The notes: a model not told the origin generated them from the sequence alone. Counted from the first letter of the stretch, positions 48,930 to 59,523 are shown. The stretch: DNA of 64,000 bases from an uncultured Ruficoccus sp. (GCA_965140785.1 OZ223497.1:241711-305710); one strand, 5' to 3'. Program-made: numbers and translations.

Positions 48930-50543
48930 TTAAACATCCGTGCGGGCGAGCTGGGTTTCGCCGCGGGAGACGAAGTTGAGCGACATGGCGGCGACGAAGA
49001 CGCCCAGCACGAGCATGCCTACACTGAGCAGGCGCAGTACGGCGGATTGCTCGGGATCGAGGGCCATGAGGCCCATGGCCAGAAGCGGCATGGCGAGCAT
49101 GAAGAGCGCCGGGATCAGTGCGAAGGTGTAGCGGATGCCCTTGGCTTTGAGGTAAACCACAAACGTGACCAGCGCCAGGGCGGCCATGAGCTGATTGGTC
49201 GAGCCGAACATGGGCCAGATCGCCTTCCAGGCTGGTTCACCGTTGAAGGTTTGAAACACCAGGGCCGCCGGGGGAATCAGCACGAGCAGGGTGCCCAGGT
49301 AGCGGCTGGTTTGGTCGCGCCAGTCAAAGAACTCCTCCAGCAGGAAGCGGCTCAGGCGCGTGCAGGTGTCGAGCGTGGTTAACAGAAAGGTGCTCACCGT
49401 CAGCGCGGCGAACTCCACCCCAAGCTCTGCCGGGACGCCGAGATGGGCGAAAAAGACGGATGCGCCCGAGGCGAAGACCGCGACAGGGTTCATGCCCTGC
49501 GTGTCAGCGCCACTGAGGATGGCCACGGTGGCCAGGGCGAAAACCGCCAGGATGCCCTCCAGCAGCATGCCGCCGTAGGCTACCCGCTGCGCGTCGGACT
49601 CGCGCTTGAGCTGCTTGGAGGTGGTGCCGCTGGCAACCAGACTGTGGAAACCGCTGCACGCCCCGCAGGCCACGGTGATAAACAGCATGGGCGCGAGGTA
49701 GCCGGGGTTGACCTTGTCCGTGGTGAAGCCCTCAAAGAGCGGGATCTGGAAGCTGGCGTCCGTGATCATCATGCCGATAACTCCGAGCAGCAGCATGGCG
49801 AAGAGGAAGGTCGAACTGAGGAAATCCCGGGGTTGCAAGAGCGTATCGACCGGCAGCACGGCGGCGACCAGCGAATAGATCAGCACGAGCGCCAACCAGA
49901 AGTTTTTGCTCAGAGCCGGGGAGGGGAGGAGATTACCTACCAGCAGTCCGGCGAAGGTGAGCGGGACGAAAATCAACAGCAGGCGGCCGAAGCGCGCCCC
50001 CTTGCGGCGCAGCAGCCAGCCGAAAAGGACCGCCGCAGCCACGAACCAGCCCGAGGCGGTGGCCACCGCCGGCTCCGTACTAAAAGTGCCTGCCGTCAGG
50101 TCGGCGAAGACGATGATGACGTACATCAGCGTCAGCAGCAGGAAAATCCGAAAGAACTGGGCCGTGCCCTTGCCGACCAGCGACCGGGTGATCTCCGAGA
50201 CCGTCCGCCCGGCGAAGCGCAGGCTCATCAGCGTGCTGCCATAGTCGTGGACGCCGCCGACGAAGATCGAGCCGATCAAAATCCACAGCCAGGTCGGCCC
50301 CCAGCCGAAATACTGCGCGGCGAAAATCGGCCCCACGATGGGTCCGGCCCCGGCAATGGAGGAGAAGTGGTGGCCGAAGACAATCGAGGTGCGGGTGGGG
50401 ACATAGTCCACGCCGTCATTGTGTGTCGTGGCGGGGGTGGGGTGCCCGTCGTCGCTGCGGCAGCGCGCCGCGAGAAACTTACCGTAAAACCGGTAAGCGA
50501 GCACAAAGAACAAAACGGACAGGACGAGAATAACCTGGAGCAT
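48930..50543 (-). CDS. cstA: Carbon starvation protein A family transporter
   Basis: DGVDYVP, FGHHFSSIAGAGPIVGP, ITVACGACSGFH, LTTLDT, WPMFGSTNQL. Confidence 0.93.
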   Translation of the reverse strand: MLQVILVLSVLFFVLAYRFYGKFLAARCRSDDGHPTPATTHNDGVDYVPTRTSIVFGHHFSSIAGAGPIVGPIFAAQYFGWGPTWLWILIGSIFVGGVHDYGSTLMSLRFAGRTVSEITRSLVGKGTAQFFRIFLLLTLMYVIIVFADLTAGTFSTEPAVATASGWFVAAAVLFGWLLRRKGARFGRLLLIFVPLTFAGLLVGNLLPSPALSKNFWLALVLIYSLVAAVLPVDTLLQPRDFLSSTFLFAMLLLGVIGMMITDASFQIPLFEGFTTDKVNPGYLAPMLFITVACGACSGFHSLVASGTTSKQLKRESDAQRVAYGGMLLEGILAVFALATVAILSGADTQGMNPVAVFASGASVFFAHLGVPAELGVEFAALTVSTFLLTTLDTCTRLSRFLLEEFFDWRDQTSRYLGTLLVLIPPAALVFQTFNGEPAWKAIWPMFGSTNQLMAALALVTFVVYLKAKGIRYTFALIPALFMLAMPLLAMGLMALDPEQSAVLRLLSVGMLVLGVFVAAMSLNFVSRGETQLARTDV

Positions 50544-50825
50544 GAATCGGGGGAAACGCGCGCATCATCGGCCTTCGTTTTGTCCAAGTCAATCAATTGG
50601 GCTGTCGCTTGCCATCAGTTCCGGTAATTTTTCATCCGGGTCGTGATACGCAGACAAGGATGTGGACTAATCGAGATTCCGCGTGAGCCGGCAAAGGGGA
50701 GCCTTTTCGTGGCGTTCGGCTCCTCCTGAGTGAACGGGGTAAATTTTTTTTGCCCCTCATGCACCGGTTAAGGCTTGATGCCCTACACGTGTTGGTTAAG
50801 GTGGCGGTTTTAACTCATTTCTACG

Positions 50826-51983
50826 ATGGACGAAGTAAGGATTGGTATTATTGGACTCGGAAACATGGGCGGCCATTATGCCCAGAAGCTTTCCCAGGGA
50901 GCAATTTCACGCTGCCGCTTGACCGCGGTTTGCGATCACAACGAGGACAAACTGAAGGCCGCCCAGGCGGGCGAGGCCAAACGCTTCAGCGACGCGGAGG
51001 AAATGCTGGAGAGTGGCGAGATCGACGCGGTTGTCATCGCCACCCCGCACTACGCGCACACCACGCTCGGTGTCCTCGCCCTGCAAAAGGGGCTGCACAC
51101 GCTCGTTGACAAGCCCATCTCCGTCCACAAGGCCGACTGCGAACGCCTCATCGCCGCGCACACGGACAAGGACGTGGTCTTTTCCGCTATGTTCAACCAA
51201 CGCACCGACCCGCGCTACCAGAAACTCAAGGCGCTGATCGACTCCGGCGAGCTGGGCAAAATTAACCGCATCAACTGGATCATCACCGACTGGTTCCGCA
51301 CGCAGCAGTACTACGCCTCCGGCGGCTGGCGCGCGACCTGGGGCGGGGAGGGCGGCGGCGTCCTGCTCAACCAGTGCCCGCACCAGCTCGACCTGTGGCA
51401 GTGGCTATTCGGCATGCCGGACAAGGTCCGGGCCTTCTGCGGGATCGGACGCTTTCACGATGTTGAGGTCGAGGACGATGTCACCGCCTACCTGGAGTAC
51501 ACAAGTGGCACGACGGGTGTCTTTATCACGACCACCGGCGAAGCCCCCGGGACCAACCGCCTGGAAATCGCCGCCGAGCGTGGCCGGGTGGTGGTCGAGG
51601 GTGACTCGCTGGAATGGCTGCGTAACGAGGTCGCGACTTCCGAGTGGTCAAATACCTGCAAGGCCGGCTTCGAAAAGCCCGCCCGCTGGGAGATATCCAT
51701 TCCGATCACGGATAAGGCCCCGCAGCACATGGGTATCCTGCAAAACTTCGTCGATGCGATCCTGGATAAAGTCCCACTGCTCGCCCCGGCACCGGAGGGT
51801 ATCCACTCGGTCGAACTGGCCAACGCGATGATCCACTCCTCCGATCTAAACGAAACGGTCAGCCTTCCCATGGATGGTGCCGCTTACGAGACGGCGCTTA
51901 AGCAAAAGATTGAGAGTTCCACCTTCGTCAAGAAGGTGGACGAGACCAGTGGAAAATCCGCTGACATGAACAGCACGTTTTAG
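50826..51983 (+). CDS. Gfo/Idh/MocA family oxidoreductase
   Basis: GIIGLGNMG, ATPHYAH, DKP, GGGVLLNQCPHQLD. Confidence 0.95.
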   Translation: MDEVRIGIIGLGNMGGHYAQKLSQGAISRCRLTAVCDHNEDKLKAAQAGEAKRFSDAEEMLESGEIDAVVIATPHYAHTTLGVLALQKGLHTLVDKPISVHKADCERLIAAHTDKDVVFSAMFNQRTDPRYQKLKALIDSGELGKINRINWIITDWFRTQQYYASGGWRATWGGEGGGVLLNQCPHQLDLWQWLFGMPDKVRAFCGIGRFHDVEVEDDVTAYLEYTSGTTGVFITTTGEAPGTNRLEIAAERGRVVVEGDSLEWLRNEVATSEWSNTCKAGFEKPARWEISIPITDKAPQHMGILQNFVDAILDKVPLLAPAPEGIHSVELANAMIHSSDLNETVSLPMDGAAYETALKQKIESSTFVKKVDETSGKSADMNSTF

Positions 51984-52167
51984 TTTATTAATTGTTAAAT
52001 GGTTGATTGTTAATTATTATCTGGAGTGCGTGGAAGGCTGTACGGATTGTTTCGCGTTTTCGCTGCGCTTCCCCCCCCCAAAAAAAAAACGGCCGATTGT
52101 CTCATCGATGATCTGTCAACCATTTAACCTATCAGCTATTTAACCATTCAATTATTTCTTATTTCCC

Positions 52168-53247
52168 ATGGCACAAAAAGCAGACGGTATGAACTACGCG
52201 CCCCAGGCGTCGAAGGTTGAACCGGTGGTCAAGCCCGGCGAATTTGTATTCGCGGCTGCCCACCTCGATCACGGCCACATCTTCGGCCAGTGCAACGGCT
52301 TGATAGAGGCCGGCGCTGAATTGCGCTACGTGTACGATCCGGACCCGGCCAAGGTGGAGAACTTCGTCTCGAGATTTCCGCAGGCCAAACCGGTCGATTC
52401 GCTGGAGCGCATTTTTGAAGACGATGAGGTCAAGCTGGTGGCTGCCGCTGCGATTCCCTCCGAGCGCGGGCCGCTCGGGTGCCGCGTAATGCAGGCCGGG
52501 CGCGACTACTTTACCGACAAGTGCCCCTTCACCACGCTGGACCAATTGGAGGCCGCCCGGAAGATCGTGGCCGAAACCGGCCGCAAGTATATGGTGTACT
52601 ACTCCGAACGCGTTCACGTGGAGTCGGCCTGGTATGTGGATCAACTGATTCAGGACGGAGCCATCGGGGATATCGTGCACATGGAGATTTTCGGGCCGCA
52701 CCAGCTCCGCAAGGAAGCCCGTCCGGCCTGGTTTTTTGAAAAGGCCAAGTACGGCGGCATTCTGACGGACATCGCCTCGCACCAGTTCGACCAGTTCCTG
52801 CACTACACCCGCTCCAAGGGCGGCGAGGTGCTCCACGCCCGCGTGGACAACATGGCCAACCCGGACAAACCGGAGCTGGAAGATCTCGGCGAAGCCGTGC
52901 TCAAGCTCGACACCGGCGCCTCTTGCTTCTCGCGCGTGAATTGGTTCACTCCGGACGGCATGCGTGGCTGGGGTGACGGCCGCAGCTTTATCACCGGGAC
53001 CAAGGGGGTGATCGAGATCCGCAAGTACTTTGACTTCGGTCGCAGCGATACCGGTAACCAGATCTTCATTGCTGATCAGCAGGGCGACCAGGTGATCGAG
53101 GTGGACGGCAAGGTGGGCTATCCCTTCTTCGGGCAGCTCATTCTCGACTTCCTCAACCGGACCGAGAACGCCATGACCCAGGATCACGCCTTCCTCGCCT
53201 CCGAGCTGTCGCTCAAGGCCCAGGCTCTGGCCGATAAGGGTGCGTGA
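52168..53247 (+). CDS. Gfo/Idh/MocA family oxidoreductase
   Basis: LDHGHI, FTDKCP, YGGILTDIASHQFD, WGDGR. Confidence 0.88.
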   Translation: MAQKADGMNYAPQASKVEPVVKPGEFVFAAAHLDHGHIFGQCNGLIEAGAELRYVYDPDPAKVENFVSRFPQAKPVDSLERIFEDDEVKLVAAAAIPSERGPLGCRVMQAGRDYFTDKCPFTTLDQLEAARKIVAETGRKYMVYYSERVHVESAWYVDQLIQDGAIGDIVHMEIFGPHQLRKEARPAWFFEKAKYGGILTDIASHQFDQFLHYTRSKGGEVLHARVDNMANPDKPELEDLGEAVLKLDTGASCFSRVNWFTPDGMRGWGDGRSFITGTKGVIEIRKYFDFGRSDTGNQIFIADQQGDQVIEVDGKVGYPFFGQLILDFLNRTENAMTQDHAFLASELSLKAQALADKGA

Positions 53248-53403
53248 TCAGGGCGTAGCCCTGAATCTGTGATCCTTCGAATTACTGATGTCGCCGCCAA
53301 TGCGGTGACAGGCGGTAAGGGGCTGTTGACGCCGTTCCTTCCAGGGGTCTTGGCGGAGCTTGAAATCAGCTCAGCCGAGAGCGACAGATTAAAGCGAAAA
53401 TAC

Positions 53404-53766
53404 TCAGGGCTTCATCACGCCCATGGTGGCGGCGACGGCTCCGAGCAGGAGGATGGCCCACCACAGGGGCATGCCCAGTTTGGGCTTGCGGCTGACCACG
53501 GCGGTGCCCGCACCGAGCAGGAGCCAGACAATGTATTTGGCGATCAGCCAGCCTTCGGTATAGCTGTAGGCACCCTGGTACTTGGCGATCATGCCGAAGC
53601 CGCTGACCAGCAGCAGCAGCAGCCCGACGCCGCTGGTGGCTGAGCCCAGGGCGCGCAGGCCCTTGTTGTCGCGGTCGAGGAGCCCGCGCACGATTAACCC
53701 GCCGTAGCCCAGAAAAACCATCATCACACCAATCACGTGGATGACTTTATACAGTTGAATAGACAT
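53404..53766 (-). CDS. Small four-TM membrane protein (SirB2/DUF2269-like)
   Basis: YKVIHVIG, GLLLLLVSGFGM, WLIAK; four hydrophobic segments. Confidence 0.72.
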   Translation of the reverse strand: MSIQLYKVIHVIGVMMVFLGYGGLIVRGLLDRDNKGLRALGSATSGVGLLLLLVSGFGMIAKYQGAYSYTEGWLIAKYIVWLLLGAGTAVVSRKPKLGMPLWWAILLLGAVAATMGVMKP

Positions 53767-53768
53767 GC

Positions 53769-53912
53769 TTAGTGGGATTGCGGGTTATAGGCGTGGGCGT
53801 CTTTTCTCTCGACGGTGACGCCGTTAGAATCGGTGTAGCTGTTGCTTTGGCAGCCGCTCAGACTGCAAATGGCGACCAAGCCCATGAGGCCGAGGAAATA
53901 TATCTCTTTCAT
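53769..53912 (-). CDS. 47-aa putative lipoprotein (absent from ORF track)
   Basis: Manual translation MKEIYFLGLMGLVAICSLSGCQSNSYTDSNGVTVERKDAHAYNPQSH*; lipobox LSGC; stop lies 2 nt before the next ATG. Confidence 0.7.
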   Translation of the reverse strand: MKEIYFLGLMGLVAICSLSGCQSNSYTDSNGVTVERKDAHAYNPQSH

Positions 53913-53995
53913 GATTTTAAATCCAGCCCCGCCCGGTCCGAAGTCAAGCTCGACCGGGCAGGAAATGCTAAACAGGCCCTAAAAAGCCGTCGGGA

Positions 53996-55612
53996 CTATT
54001 TTAGGGAAATGTGGGGAAAGACCATGAAGCAGATCGCCATGATAATGGTCGGAAGCAGGGCGCCCAGGAGCAGGCCGAGGGGCGAGATGCCGTTCTTGAA
54101 AAACTTGTTGAGGATGCTCTGGCCGGCGGGGTTGGGGGCGTTGGCGATGACGGTCAGGCCACCCCCGGTGACCGCACCCGCCACTACGGCGTATTGCAGC
54201 GCTTCGGCCCGGATGAAGTCCGCGCCCTGCTTGATCGTGCCGGCGGCGGTGTGGATGTCGAAGGCCGGCACCTGCGAGGCCAGGTAGGTAATGGCGGCGT
54301 TGTCGTTGAGCGCGGTCAGCAGGGTCGAGCCGATGAAGAGCGGCAACTGCTCCAGGCTGCCCAGCACCGGGGAGATCCACCAGCCCTGGAGCCCGCCGTG
54401 GATTTTCAGGGCGGCGAGGAAGAAACCGACCAGCATGGGGCCGCGCAGCTTGATCTGGTACTGGTAGTGGGCGGTGCCCACGGTGAAGGCGATGAAGACC
54501 AGGAATCCACCCACGAACAGCGGCGGGTGGTGCAGGGTCATGACCGTCCAGGCGACGAAGCCGACGTGTACCGCAACGATCCAGCCGGGGACGGCGGCCT
54601 CTTCGGGCTCGGCCTCCTGCGTAGGCGTGGGGGAGGGGGCGTTCGAGACAAGGGTGGCGAAGTGTTTGCGGAAGACGGCGAAGTAGATCGCGTTGGAGAT
54701 GATGATGCCCACCACGGCGCGCCAGCCGAAGGTCAGAATCATGTGCGGCAGGTTCCACTCCCAGCCAGTGGCGACCATCAGCACGGGCGGAGCGGCGAAG
54801 TGCGTGAGCGTGCCGCCGACCGAGACATTGACAAAGAGCAGGCCAAGGGTGGCGTAGGCAAAGACCGGAGCGGGCTTATACTTGTAGAACTGCTGGCCCA
54901 GGAGCAGGGCGGCGATGGTCATGGCGGCAGGCTCGGTGATAAAGGAGCCCAGGATGGGCGCGATGGTCAGGATGGACAGCCACCAGGCCGCCGGGCTGCG
55001 CTTACCGATCCCGGCCACGATGCTGAGGGCGTCGCGCGCCAGTTGCAGGATGGGTCGCGAAGAGGCAATGGCCATGATCACGACCACGAAGACCGGTTCG
55101 GTGTAGTCCTGCGAGTCGATATAGTGAACCGCGCTTGGGAAGCCCAGGCCCGGCCATAGTATGATGACCAGGAACAGCGGCAGCACCCAGATGCCGAAAA
55201 TCGCCTCGACCTCGCCCAGAAAGTGAAAAACCGTCGCACGGAAGCTGACGGAGTTTTTACCGTCCACGTAGTGCTCGCTATTCTTGTCTGCTTTTTTGGC
55301 ATGCTCCTCCTCCAAGCGGTGGGCGATGGCCATGAATTTACCGGCCAAAAAGGTATGAATAATGGCTCCGATAAACAGGAGCGTGACGATGAGGTTGATC
55401 GGCTCGGCCTCGGCTCGCAGGACCAGGGTGTCCCAGAGTCCGAGCTCTTCGACGCCTTCCTGGGCGGCTTGCGCCTCCTCCATCTGGCGGTAGTCTTCGA
55501 GCGGCAGCGGGAAAGGCGGAAGGTTTTCTTCGCTTTCAGCGCCGGCGGCGTTGGCAAAAAGGGGCAAACTTAGACACAGGCAGGCTAGTACGGTCGGGAA
55601 AAATCTCAGCAT
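53996..55612 (-). CDS. Putative Na+/H+ antiporter (DUF1504-like)
   Basis: HFLGEVEAIFGIW, GSFITEPAAMT, GGTLTHFAAPPVLMVA, GGGLTVIANAPNPAG; ATG 55612 gives a signal-like N-terminus. Confidence 0.85.
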   Translation of the reverse strand: MLRFFPTVLACLCLSLPLFANAAGAESEENLPPFPLPLEDYRQMEEAQAAQEGVEELGLWDTLVLRAEAEPINLIVTLLFIGAIIHTFLAGKFMAIAHRLEEEHAKKADKNSEHYVDGKNSVSFRATVFHFLGEVEAIFGIWVLPLFLVIILWPGLGFPSAVHYIDSQDYTEPVFVVVIMAIASSRPILQLARDALSIVAGIGKRSPAAWWLSILTIAPILGSFITEPAAMTIAALLLGQQFYKYKPAPVFAYATLGLLFVNVSVGGTLTHFAAPPVLMVATGWEWNLPHMILTFGWRAVVGIIISNAIYFAVFRKHFATLVSNAPSPTPTQEAEPEEAAVPGWIVAVHVGFVAWTVMTLHHPPLFVGGFLVFIAFTVGTAHYQYQIKLRGPMLVGFFLAALKIHGGLQGWWISPVLGSLEQLPLFIGSTLLTALNDNAAITYLASQVPAFDIHTAAGTIKQGADFIRAEALQYAVVAGAVTGGGLTVIANAPNPAGQSILNKFFKNGISPLGLLLGALLPTIIMAICFMVFPHISLK

Positions 55613-55805
55613 TTCGGATCGTAGGTGAGAGAATGGATGAATGCGTGCGGCTAATGGCTTATCTGCCAGCCACACCACGTTTATGACATGGGAAACCTCC
55701 CCCATGGCAAGCCGGATCGAACCGAAATATGTAAAATTACCTTTTGGGGGCAGTCGCGTTGGCGGAGCGTTGTCCATTTTCTGTCACAAGACGGCAAAAT
55801 AGTCC

Positions 55806-58001
55806 TTGCCCGTGGGCGGGTGGGTGCGCAAAGTTCCTGCCGTGCTGCGAGTGCATTGCTACCTCTTGACGGGACTCGCGCTGCTGGGCAGTTCACTGCT
55901 AGCCCCGGCGCAGGTAGTCCCCCCCGAATTGTCCGCCGACGAGCCCATCGAGTTCGACGCGGAGAATAACCGCATGACCGCCCGCGGGAACGCCATCCTG
56001 GATAATGGCGACATGCGCGTGAACGCGGACCGAATCGTCTTCGAGCAGGACGAATCGACGGTCAAGGCCCGGCGGGAGGTCGCCCTGACAAGCGGGAATT
56101 TCCGCATGCTCACCGACACGGCGGACTACGATTACTTTAATAGAACGTTCTACGCCGGGGACTTCCGGCTGGGCAATGATGCAGTCTATGTCCTGGGCAA
56201 GCAGGTCCAGGGGGACCGCGGCCTGATGGAAGTCGATAATGCCCGGGTGTACGTGCAGGACCCGGACCCCTTCGCCCTCAACCTCAACGCCAAGAAGCTC
56301 ACGCTGGAGAACCAGGAGACGGTGGCGATGGAGGACGTGGTCTTCCAGATCGGCGAGGTGCCGTTCTTTTACCTGCCCTATGTCGAGTACGACGTGCAGA
56401 CCGGTACGCCGGTCCAGTACACCGGCGACATCGGTTATCAGGGCGACCTGGGCTTTTACTGGCAAAACGCCATCGCCTTTCGCTTCATCCCGGAGCTGGC
56501 CGCGGGCCTGAACATCGACGGCTACACCCAGCGCGGGGTGTTGGTCGGCCCCATCCTCGACTACGAGTGGAGCGATCCGGACCTGGGCAGTATGTCTGGC
56601 TGGGTGGACACCGGGTACATCCATGACGAGGGCAGCCCGAGCGAACTGGGTACCGACGTGTTGGGCCGTCCGATCAAGCCGGACCGCTGGTTCATCGAGT
56701 GGCGGCACAAACAGTACGCCCTGGACGACAATCTAGAGCTGACCGCCTCGATCAGTTGGTGGAGCGACTCCTACGTCGAGCGCGACTTCCGCGAGAGCCT
56801 TTACGAGGACAACCAGCAGCCGGACAATTTCTTTGACGCCACCTACCGGGGCGAGAACTGGTACCTCAACGCCATTGCGCGCCTGCAGCCCAATAACTTC
56901 CAGACCGTGGCCCAGCGCCTGCCGGAAGTGCGCTTCGACCTGGTGCCGACCGAGGTTTTCGAGACGGGCCTCTACCAGCGGCTCGATGTCAGCTACGCCA
57001 CCTTGCAGGAAAATTCGCCCACCGGTGCTTTCCCGACTCTCCAGAGTAACCGAATCAACGCCTACTACGGGGTCAACTATCCCATCGCTGTCGCCGACTG
57101 GCTGACCGTCACGCCGGTGACGGGCATCATGGCCACACACTACGCTGTCACCCTGGGGCAGCCCAGCAGCTACACCCGCGTGCTGGGTGAGTTCGGGGTG
57201 GATATCGACTTGGACGCGGTTGGCGTGTGGGACTATAAAGACGAGTTCTGGGAAATCGACGGCCTGCGCCACTACCTTCAGCCGACTATTCAGTACCGGT
57301 ACATCCCCGGTGCCCAGGCCGGCGACACGATTATCCCGCCCATCGACCGTCTGGCCTCCTTCGAGACCTACCTGGAGCCGCTCAGCCTGGCCAACAAGCG
57401 CAACATCGACGATCTTTACGAAGAAAACGCCATCCGCGTGGGCGTGCAGAACCTGCTCCAGACCCGCGACCCCGAGTATGGTTCACGCGACCTGGTCGAG
57501 CTCGACCTGTACCAGGAGTTCCGCTTCAGCACCCGTCCGGCTGCGCCGGCGAGCTTCGGCCAGCCCGCGCAGCCCGCCCAGCAGGATTTTTCCGACACCT
57601 ACGCGATCATCCGCATCCAGCCAGCCTACTGGGTGCAGTTCAGCACCCTGATCCGCGTCGATCCCAACCAGTTTAACCTCGACGAAATCACCTCCGGGGT
57701 GCGTTTCACGGACGGAGAGGAGTGGACCGCGTATTTCGGCAACAACTACGTCACCGACGTGGGCGGGACCAACATCAACCAGTTCCTCATCGACGCCCGT
57801 TACCGCCTGGACAGCCGCAACGAGCTGGGCGCGTACTGGACCATCGACGCCGAGCTGGGCGAACTGACCGAGCAGGCCTACCTCTGGCAGACCATGCTGG
57901 GCAACTCCTGGGAGGCGACCTTCGCGATCATCAACACGCAGGGCTCCAGCCGCCAGAACGGGTTCAAATTCCAGGTCAGCATCAGCCTCGTGAGGATTTG
58001 A
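55806..58001 (+). CDS. lptD: LPS-assembly protein LptD-like outer-membrane beta-barrel
   Basis: OstA-like N-domain (ELSADEPIEF, ARGNA, VNADRI), VPFFYLPY, QRLPE, beta-strand C-terminus; start codon uncertain. Confidence 0.78.
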   Translation: MPVGGWVRKVPAVLRVHCYLLTGLALLGSSLLAPAQVVPPELSADEPIEFDAENNRMTARGNAILDNGDMRVNADRIVFEQDESTVKARREVALTSGNFRMLTDTADYDYFNRTFYAGDFRLGNDAVYVLGKQVQGDRGLMEVDNARVYVQDPDPFALNLNAKKLTLENQETVAMEDVVFQIGEVPFFYLPYVEYDVQTGTPVQYTGDIGYQGDLGFYWQNAIAFRFIPELAAGLNIDGYTQRGVLVGPILDYEWSDPDLGSMSGWVDTGYIHDEGSPSELGTDVLGRPIKPDRWFIEWRHKQYALDDNLELTASISWWSDSYVERDFRESLYEDNQQPDNFFDATYRGENWYLNAIARLQPNNFQTVAQRLPEVRFDLVPTEVFETGLYQRLDVSYATLQENSPTGAFPTLQSNRINAYYGVNYPIAVADWLTVTPVTGIMATHYAVTLGQPSSYTRVLGEFGVDIDLDAVGVWDYKDEFWEIDGLRHYLQPTIQYRYIPGAQAGDTIIPPIDRLASFETYLEPLSLANKRNIDDLYEENAIRVGVQNLLQTRDPEYGSRDLVELDLYQEFRFSTRPAAPASFGQPAQPAQQDFSDTYAIIRIQPAYWVQFSTLIRVDPNQFNLDEITSGVRFTDGEEWTAYFGNNYVTDVGGTNINQFLIDARYRLDSRNELGAYWTIDAELGELTEQAYLWQTMLGNSWEATFAIINTQGSSRQNGFKFQVSISLVRI

Positions 58002-58074
58002 CAAGCCCGCCCGGTGCCGTCTCTGTTGAGGGGAGCGGCCGCTATTTCGCCGCCCGATTGTGATTTAACCGCCC

Positions 58075-59151
58075 ATGCCACCGCCCGCCGAGCAAGCCGA
58101 AGAACAGGACGCCCTGCTGCCCAGCCGGGAAATGGCCATCCGCCTGCCGGTTTTCGAGGGGCCGCTGGACTTGTTGCTGTTTCTCATTCGCAAGAACGAG
58201 CTGGATATTTACGACATCCCGATCGAGCAGGTGACCCACCAGTACATGGAGGTGTTGAGGACGATGGACGAGCTGAACCTGGAAGTGGCGGGGGAGTTCT
58301 TCGTCATGGCCTCGACGCTGATGTACATCAAGAGCCGGATGCTTCTACCGGTCAGCGAGCAGGACGCTCAGCCCGAGGACGAGGCTGAGGAGGCCGATCC
58401 GCGTTGGGAGCTGGTCGAGCAGCTACTGGAGTACAAGCGCTTCAAGGACGCCGCCGAGGAGATCCGCCAGCTCGTCGAGCGGCAGCAGGACTACCTGCCG
58501 CGCCTCTACAAGGAGGGCGAGGAGGAGAGCAACCCCCGTCCGGTCAAGAACAGCGACCGCATCGAGCTGTGGAACATGTTCAACCTCGTGCTGCGCCGCT
58601 TGGCTGAAAAGATCGTGCAGGGTGAGATCCACGACGAGCAGGTGACCGTGTCCGACCGGATGGAATACGTCCTGAACAAGCTCACCACGACATCCGAATT
58701 TCTCTTCACCGATCTCTTCGAGCCGGGCCAGAAGATCACCACGCCATTCGTGGTGGCTTCGCTGCTGGCCGTGCTGGAGCTGACCCGCCTGAAAAAGCTT
58801 ACCGTCGAGCAGGATGAGGTCTTTGGCGACATCCGCTGCGCCGCCCGCCCGGAGGAAGAAGAGCCGCCGCCTCTGCCGGACGAGGAGGAAGAGACGGCTG
58901 AGCCCGCGCCCGTCCCCACCGCCGCCCTTGCCGATGAAGAGCATGACGAGGAGGAGGACGATTTTGAGGCCAGGGAAGGCGATTTCGACCCCCACGAAGA
59001 ACTCGATGAAGACGAATTGGCGGATGATGAAGACGATTCGGAGGAAGACGATTCGGAGGAGGACGAGGAATTGGAGTTGGACGAAGGGGTAGATGAGGAA
59101 CCGGAGGAAGACGATGGGGACGTCGATGAAGACGGCTCTCGCCGCGCCTGA
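58075..59151 (+). CDS. scpA: Segregation and condensation protein A with long acidic tail
   Basis: FEGPLDLLLFLIRKNELDIYDIPI, DPRWELVEQLLEYK, LLAVLEL. Confidence 0.95.
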   Translation: MPPPAEQAEEQDALLPSREMAIRLPVFEGPLDLLLFLIRKNELDIYDIPIEQVTHQYMEVLRTMDELNLEVAGEFFVMASTLMYIKSRMLLPVSEQDAQPEDEAEEADPRWELVEQLLEYKRFKDAAEEIRQLVERQQDYLPRLYKEGEEESNPRPVKNSDRIELWNMFNLVLRRLAEKIVQGEIHDEQVTVSDRMEYVLNKLTTTSEFLFTDLFEPGQKITTPFVVASLLAVLELTRLKKLTVEQDEVFGDIRCAARPEEEEPPPLPDEEEETAEPAPVPTAALADEEHDEEEDDFEAREGDFDPHEELDEDELADDEDDSEEDDSEEDEELELDEGVDEEPEEDDGDVDEDGSRRA

Positions 59152-59283
59152 CCGGAATAAAACAGGCCGCAGTCTTTCTTAATAGACAGAGCCGATGGCG
59201 AGCCCTGATCCGGTTCCGGAACGCATCCCGGACTTGCATTTTCGCCGTTAAGCGGCACGTTTCTAGCAGTAGATATTTTAATC

Positions 59284-59523
59284 ATGGAACGAAATGAACC
59301 CAAGATCACGGGCCTGCTCGGCGTCGGTCTCGACAATAAGGACGGGCACAAACGTGTGACCCAGGCTGAAAAGTTCGCCATTGTCGGCGGATCGGCCGAG
59401 ACGCACGAGCGCATGACCGAAACCGTGATGAAGACTTTTGAGGACCTCAAGCGCCGCGGCAAGGAGATCGAACAGGCCAACCATCAGGAAGTTGCGGATC
59501 TGATCCAGAAGCATTCCCAGTAG
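59284..59523 (+). CDS. Small hypothetical protein
   Basis: Coding-like 79-aa ORF (LLGVGLDNKDGHKRVT...GGSAETHERM) co-oriented with its neighbours. Confidence 0.75.
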   Translation: MERNEPKITGLLGVGLDNKDGHKRVTQAEKFAIVGGSAETHERMTETVMKTFEDLKRRGKEIEQANHQEVADLIQKHSQ

